Origin: Vicugna vicugna
Taxonomy: Eukaryota
Direction of reading: 5' to 3'
Assembly (NCBI GenBank): GCA_013265495.1
Contig: MU058252.1
Span: 1,088,244 to 1,152,243 of the forward strand
Length of the DNA stretch: 64,000 nucleotides
Numbering within the stretch: position 1 is the first letter of the stretch; the number at the start of each line of letters is the position of its first letter. The notes below the pieces were generated by a model that saw only the letters and a program-made list of their open reading frames with translations, had not been told where the DNA came from and ran no database searches. Below are positions 60,979 through 64,000 of this stretch, piece by piece. The position numbers and the translations under genes were made by a program.

Positions 60979-62785
60979 CTGTCTCAATTTCTCTGTATCT
61001 GCTTGAGACATATTTACAGAATTCTGCGTATCTGTGACTCCTGAGGTTGGGACAGGTCCAGGAAGTTGGGAGACACCAGAAAACTGCTGGCCTTGGGAAT
61101 TTACTGGAGAGCTGGGAGGTGCACTGAAGTTCCCCTCTGACCCAGGCCTCGGCTGATCAGCAGCATCGTGAGTAACTTGACTTGTTCCAAAAGAGTCATT
61201 CTGAGACCTTGGAGTCACTGGAGGCTGATCGTAGGGATCACGAGTTGCAGATGGGGAAACACGGCTAAATGAGTCTGAAAGACCAGGTCCTGGTGGCCTT
61301 GGTGTTTGGGAACACGCATCAGGTGGCCTTATGAGAGGGCCAGGCAACGCCACCCCTCGATTTTGTGCTGCCTGCAGGAAAGGATCCTGACCTGGCATGA
61401 GGACTGGTCTTGCCACTGAGGACCTAGTAAAACCCTCCGAAATCCTTGGCCTGGGCGTTGCTGGTGGCTGAGAGTAAGGAACTCCAGAAATTCCAGGTCT
61501 TGGTGTTCCAGGAGGATGCGCATATGGATCAGAATGCCTCTGATTAGGGGCAGATGTAACGAACAAGTCTGCCTGCGTCGACGGCCTTGGGGTGGGTGGC
61601 TGCTGACTGTATGGATCAATCGTGGTGGGCCGGGGCGTTCCAGGAGGCTGAGAATAAGGGTCTGGATTAGAGCGAGATGTTCCTGAGGGTTGGGAATAAG
61701 AATCCACAACAGGTCGTGGAGTTCCTGGAGGTTGGGAATATGGATCCTGAGATGTCGGCCTCGATATGGTTCCAGGCTGGGAAAAAGCCCTTGAAGGATG
61801 GGCAAAAGATTCATTCATTGCCGGATGTGGAGTGAGGGGAGGCTGGCTATATGGGTCACTTGACTGGTTATGAGGAAAGTTATCTATAGGTCTTGGTGTC
61901 AAAGCAGGCCTTTCATAAGGGTCAACAGACAATCGCCTCGGTGCCTGTGACACTGGCCCATAAGGATCCTGAGAGGATGGAGGAGGCTGCAGTGGAGTCT
62001 TAAAAGGTCCAGGACCACCATCAAGAGGTGCAGGTGTCAACAAGGGCCGCACATATGGGTCAGGTATCCGCTGTCTTTGAAATGCATCTGTCCTAAGAGA
62101 TGGTTTAGGAAAGTGGTCATTGGTTCCAGCTGTTAGAGGACCTTTTGCAGTTTGTTCAGAAACTATAGGAGACCGGGGTAGGCCCAAGGGTTTGGGAAAT
62201 GGATCTGCCATCACAGGCCTAGGTGTGTCCGGAGGCTTTGCATAGGGGTCACTGCCTGCTGTGGAGGAAGAACACGAATCTGTGACCGGGGGCAGCCGGT
62301 TTGCTGCTGTCCCACTCATCGGAGCGGGCCGAGACACCGATGACAAGGGGGCGCAGTTTTCCACCAGGGCAGCAGAATTTCTTCTGGAGAAACCATGGCC
62401 CCCAGGAGGTGGCCTCGGGGTACCAACCATTTTTGCGTAAGGATCCACTGGAGATGGCGGTCGGGAGCTAGAAGAACCAGGTGAAAACACCTGCGGGGAA
62501 GGCGGCTGAGAAGCCTGAGACTGCGACAGACTCTCCTGCACGGAGAGCCGAGAGGAGGCTGGAGGAGGAGGTGGAGCCTGCGGCTTTACAAACACATCGT
62601 CGGAGGACACAGGAGTAGGGGTGCTGGGCATCTGCTTCGTGAACAGGTCTTTGTGGAACGACTGTGCAGGAGACATATTTCCGTTGCCAGGCTGGGGGGT
62701 TGCGGGGCTCTGCACGCCGCTGCTCGGGGTGTCTGAGCCACACTGCCCCAGGAGTGGCGGAGGGCCCAGCTGCTGCTGCTGCTGT

Positions 62786-62816
<31 letters not shown>

Positions 62817-62886
62817 CGCTCTTCACCTGTTCCAGCTTCTGGGTGGCTTCAATTTTAGCTTGTTGCTTACTTTTCTGGCGCATTTG
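60979..62886 (-). CDS. KMT2C: KMT2C exon ~36 (1908 nt): QMRQKSKQQ...polyQ...DPYxxPxxTPRP repeats...DTEKLRQ
   Basis: caacag/gtaaac boundaries, 636 codons, coincident with ORF 60814..62967. Confidence 0.97.
62770..62814 (-). repeat. Coding trinucleotide repeat (CAG)6 CAA (CAG)2 CAA (CAG)5 encoding Q15
   Basis: Counted directly. Confidence 0.95.
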
Positions 62887-63270
62887 CTGTTGAAATAGGA
62901 AAGAAAAAGCAATTACATGGTCAAGGAAGAATACAGCTGTCGTGGGGGGTGAAGGAGAGAAAAGCAACAGAACATCAACTTGTTTGATGTCATCAGCTAC
63001 CAGATCGCTGCTGTATCAGATGATAAATTCGCAGAGAAGACTGCTATTCATCACAGTATACCTAAGGTCCAGGGCTATGTCTTGTTTATAATATTTTCTT
63101 AAAACGTTCCCAAATCAACTTAAATATACATTTACTGAGAAAGACAATTTTTACAGATTTTTGTACTTGAATAAGAACTATATCTGAAATAATGACATAA
63201 GCAGCAATTTTCTCAGAAAGCAAAAATGCAATTTCAAAAGGCGAAGTCTCAAAAAAACCAAAACACATAC

Positions 63271-63453
63271 CTGTCTAAATTTCCACTCCTGTTCATGTTC
63301 TGATTCTCTTTGTTTCAGTGGATCTTTAAAAAGATCGGAATCGATGCGAGAGCTGGGATCGATGCTGTCTTGTTGCTGCTGCCTTTTCATGGAATCATTT
63401 GACATCTGTACTTTGTTAATGCGTAAGGCAGCTCTGTTATCTCTGGCTTTTTG
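63271..63453 (-). CDS. KMT2C: KMT2C exon ~35: QKARDNRAALRINKVQMSNDSMKRQQQQDSIDPSSRIDSDLFKDPLKQRESEHEQEWKFRQ, end of HMG-box region
   Basis: 183 nt, tttaaag/gtatgt boundaries, phase 0-0. Upstream exons lie beyond the window. Confidence 0.96.
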
Positions 63454-64000
63454 CTTTAAAAAAAAAAAGGAAAAGAAAATTACCTCCTAGTATACATTAA
63501 TGTGTTTTAAGAAATAAAAATTAAATAAAACTGATGAACTTTGCCATATAAAAGCAAAAAGAAAAAAGTCAGGTTAAGTAGTTGAAAATAGTTGAGAACT
63601 TATAGCCTCTCATGTGAATGGATCAGGACACCACCCGCCATGTCCTCCTTGTAAAGCACGGATCAACCGAGGACATGTTTCCATCTCTCTATCTGAACCA
63701 AGCCAGGGAACCCAGACGTAATCTAATATTTTCAATCCTAATTTTCTTAACAGACGCTTCAAAAAAAGGGAAAATTAATCTCTCTCTCTATTTAGAGAAA
63801 AGGAAAATAATCAAATCAACCCTCCATTTCTAAAATCTGGAATTTGAAGCTTAACGTTAAAGAAAATCATTGAGAAATATTAAAAATACCCTGCCATTAT
63901 CTTTGCCAGTCAAGGTTAAACGAAACAAAGCATTATCAACACGTTCCTCATCCCCCCACTTTTGCTTTATCCAAGTCGTCATCATCACTGGTAATGTGGG

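Noticed and set aside
62621..62893. Poly-Cys and poly-Ala ORFs on the plus strand
   Set aside because: Antisense readings of the CAG/polyQ tract.
22549..63453. Possibility that either gene is a pseudogene
   Set aside because: All traced exons have GT-AG ends, phases join correctly, and key motifs (WGGEN, NHSC, post-SET Cys, Win) are intact.

Overview
Mammalian (eutherian) genomic DNA holding the 3' ends of two convergent, intact, intron-containing genes. Plus strand: the last six coding exons of GALNT11 (end of the GalNAc-transferase catalytic domain with WGGEN, then the ricin-B lectin domain; stop 10174-10176; AATAAA 10707). Minus strand: the 3' part of KMT2C/MLL3, 25 exons matching the usual isoform plus one 165-nt candidate cassette exon. 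These run from the end of the HMG-box region through the Pro/Gln-rich low-complexity region, ePHD, FYRN/FYRC, Win motif, SET and post-SET (stop 22549-22551; ~1.9 kb 3'UTR). Every exon I traced has GT-AG boundaries and the frames join without a stop. The ~10 kb between the two poly(A) sites is almost entirely nested, decayed LINE-1. Introns carry old hAT MITEs, MIR, L2 and L1 fragments. I saw no Alu, B1, Bov-tA or PRE1 SINEs, and the young L1 3' ends resemble camelid L1, so the species is tentatively camel/alpaca. I found no convincing new multi-gene system. The best leads are small: a possible unannotated FCS/TRASH-like zinc finger in KMT2C, a 29-bp CpG-rich intronic tandem repeat carrying perfect NRF1 motifs, an in-frame cassette exon with a nearby intronic hairpin, a dense TGACAG homeodomain-site cluster, a DPYxxPxxTPRP repeat array and a 15-Gln tract. 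Exon numbers follow my recollection of human numbering; repeat family names are by eye and need RepeatMasker/Dfam confirmation.
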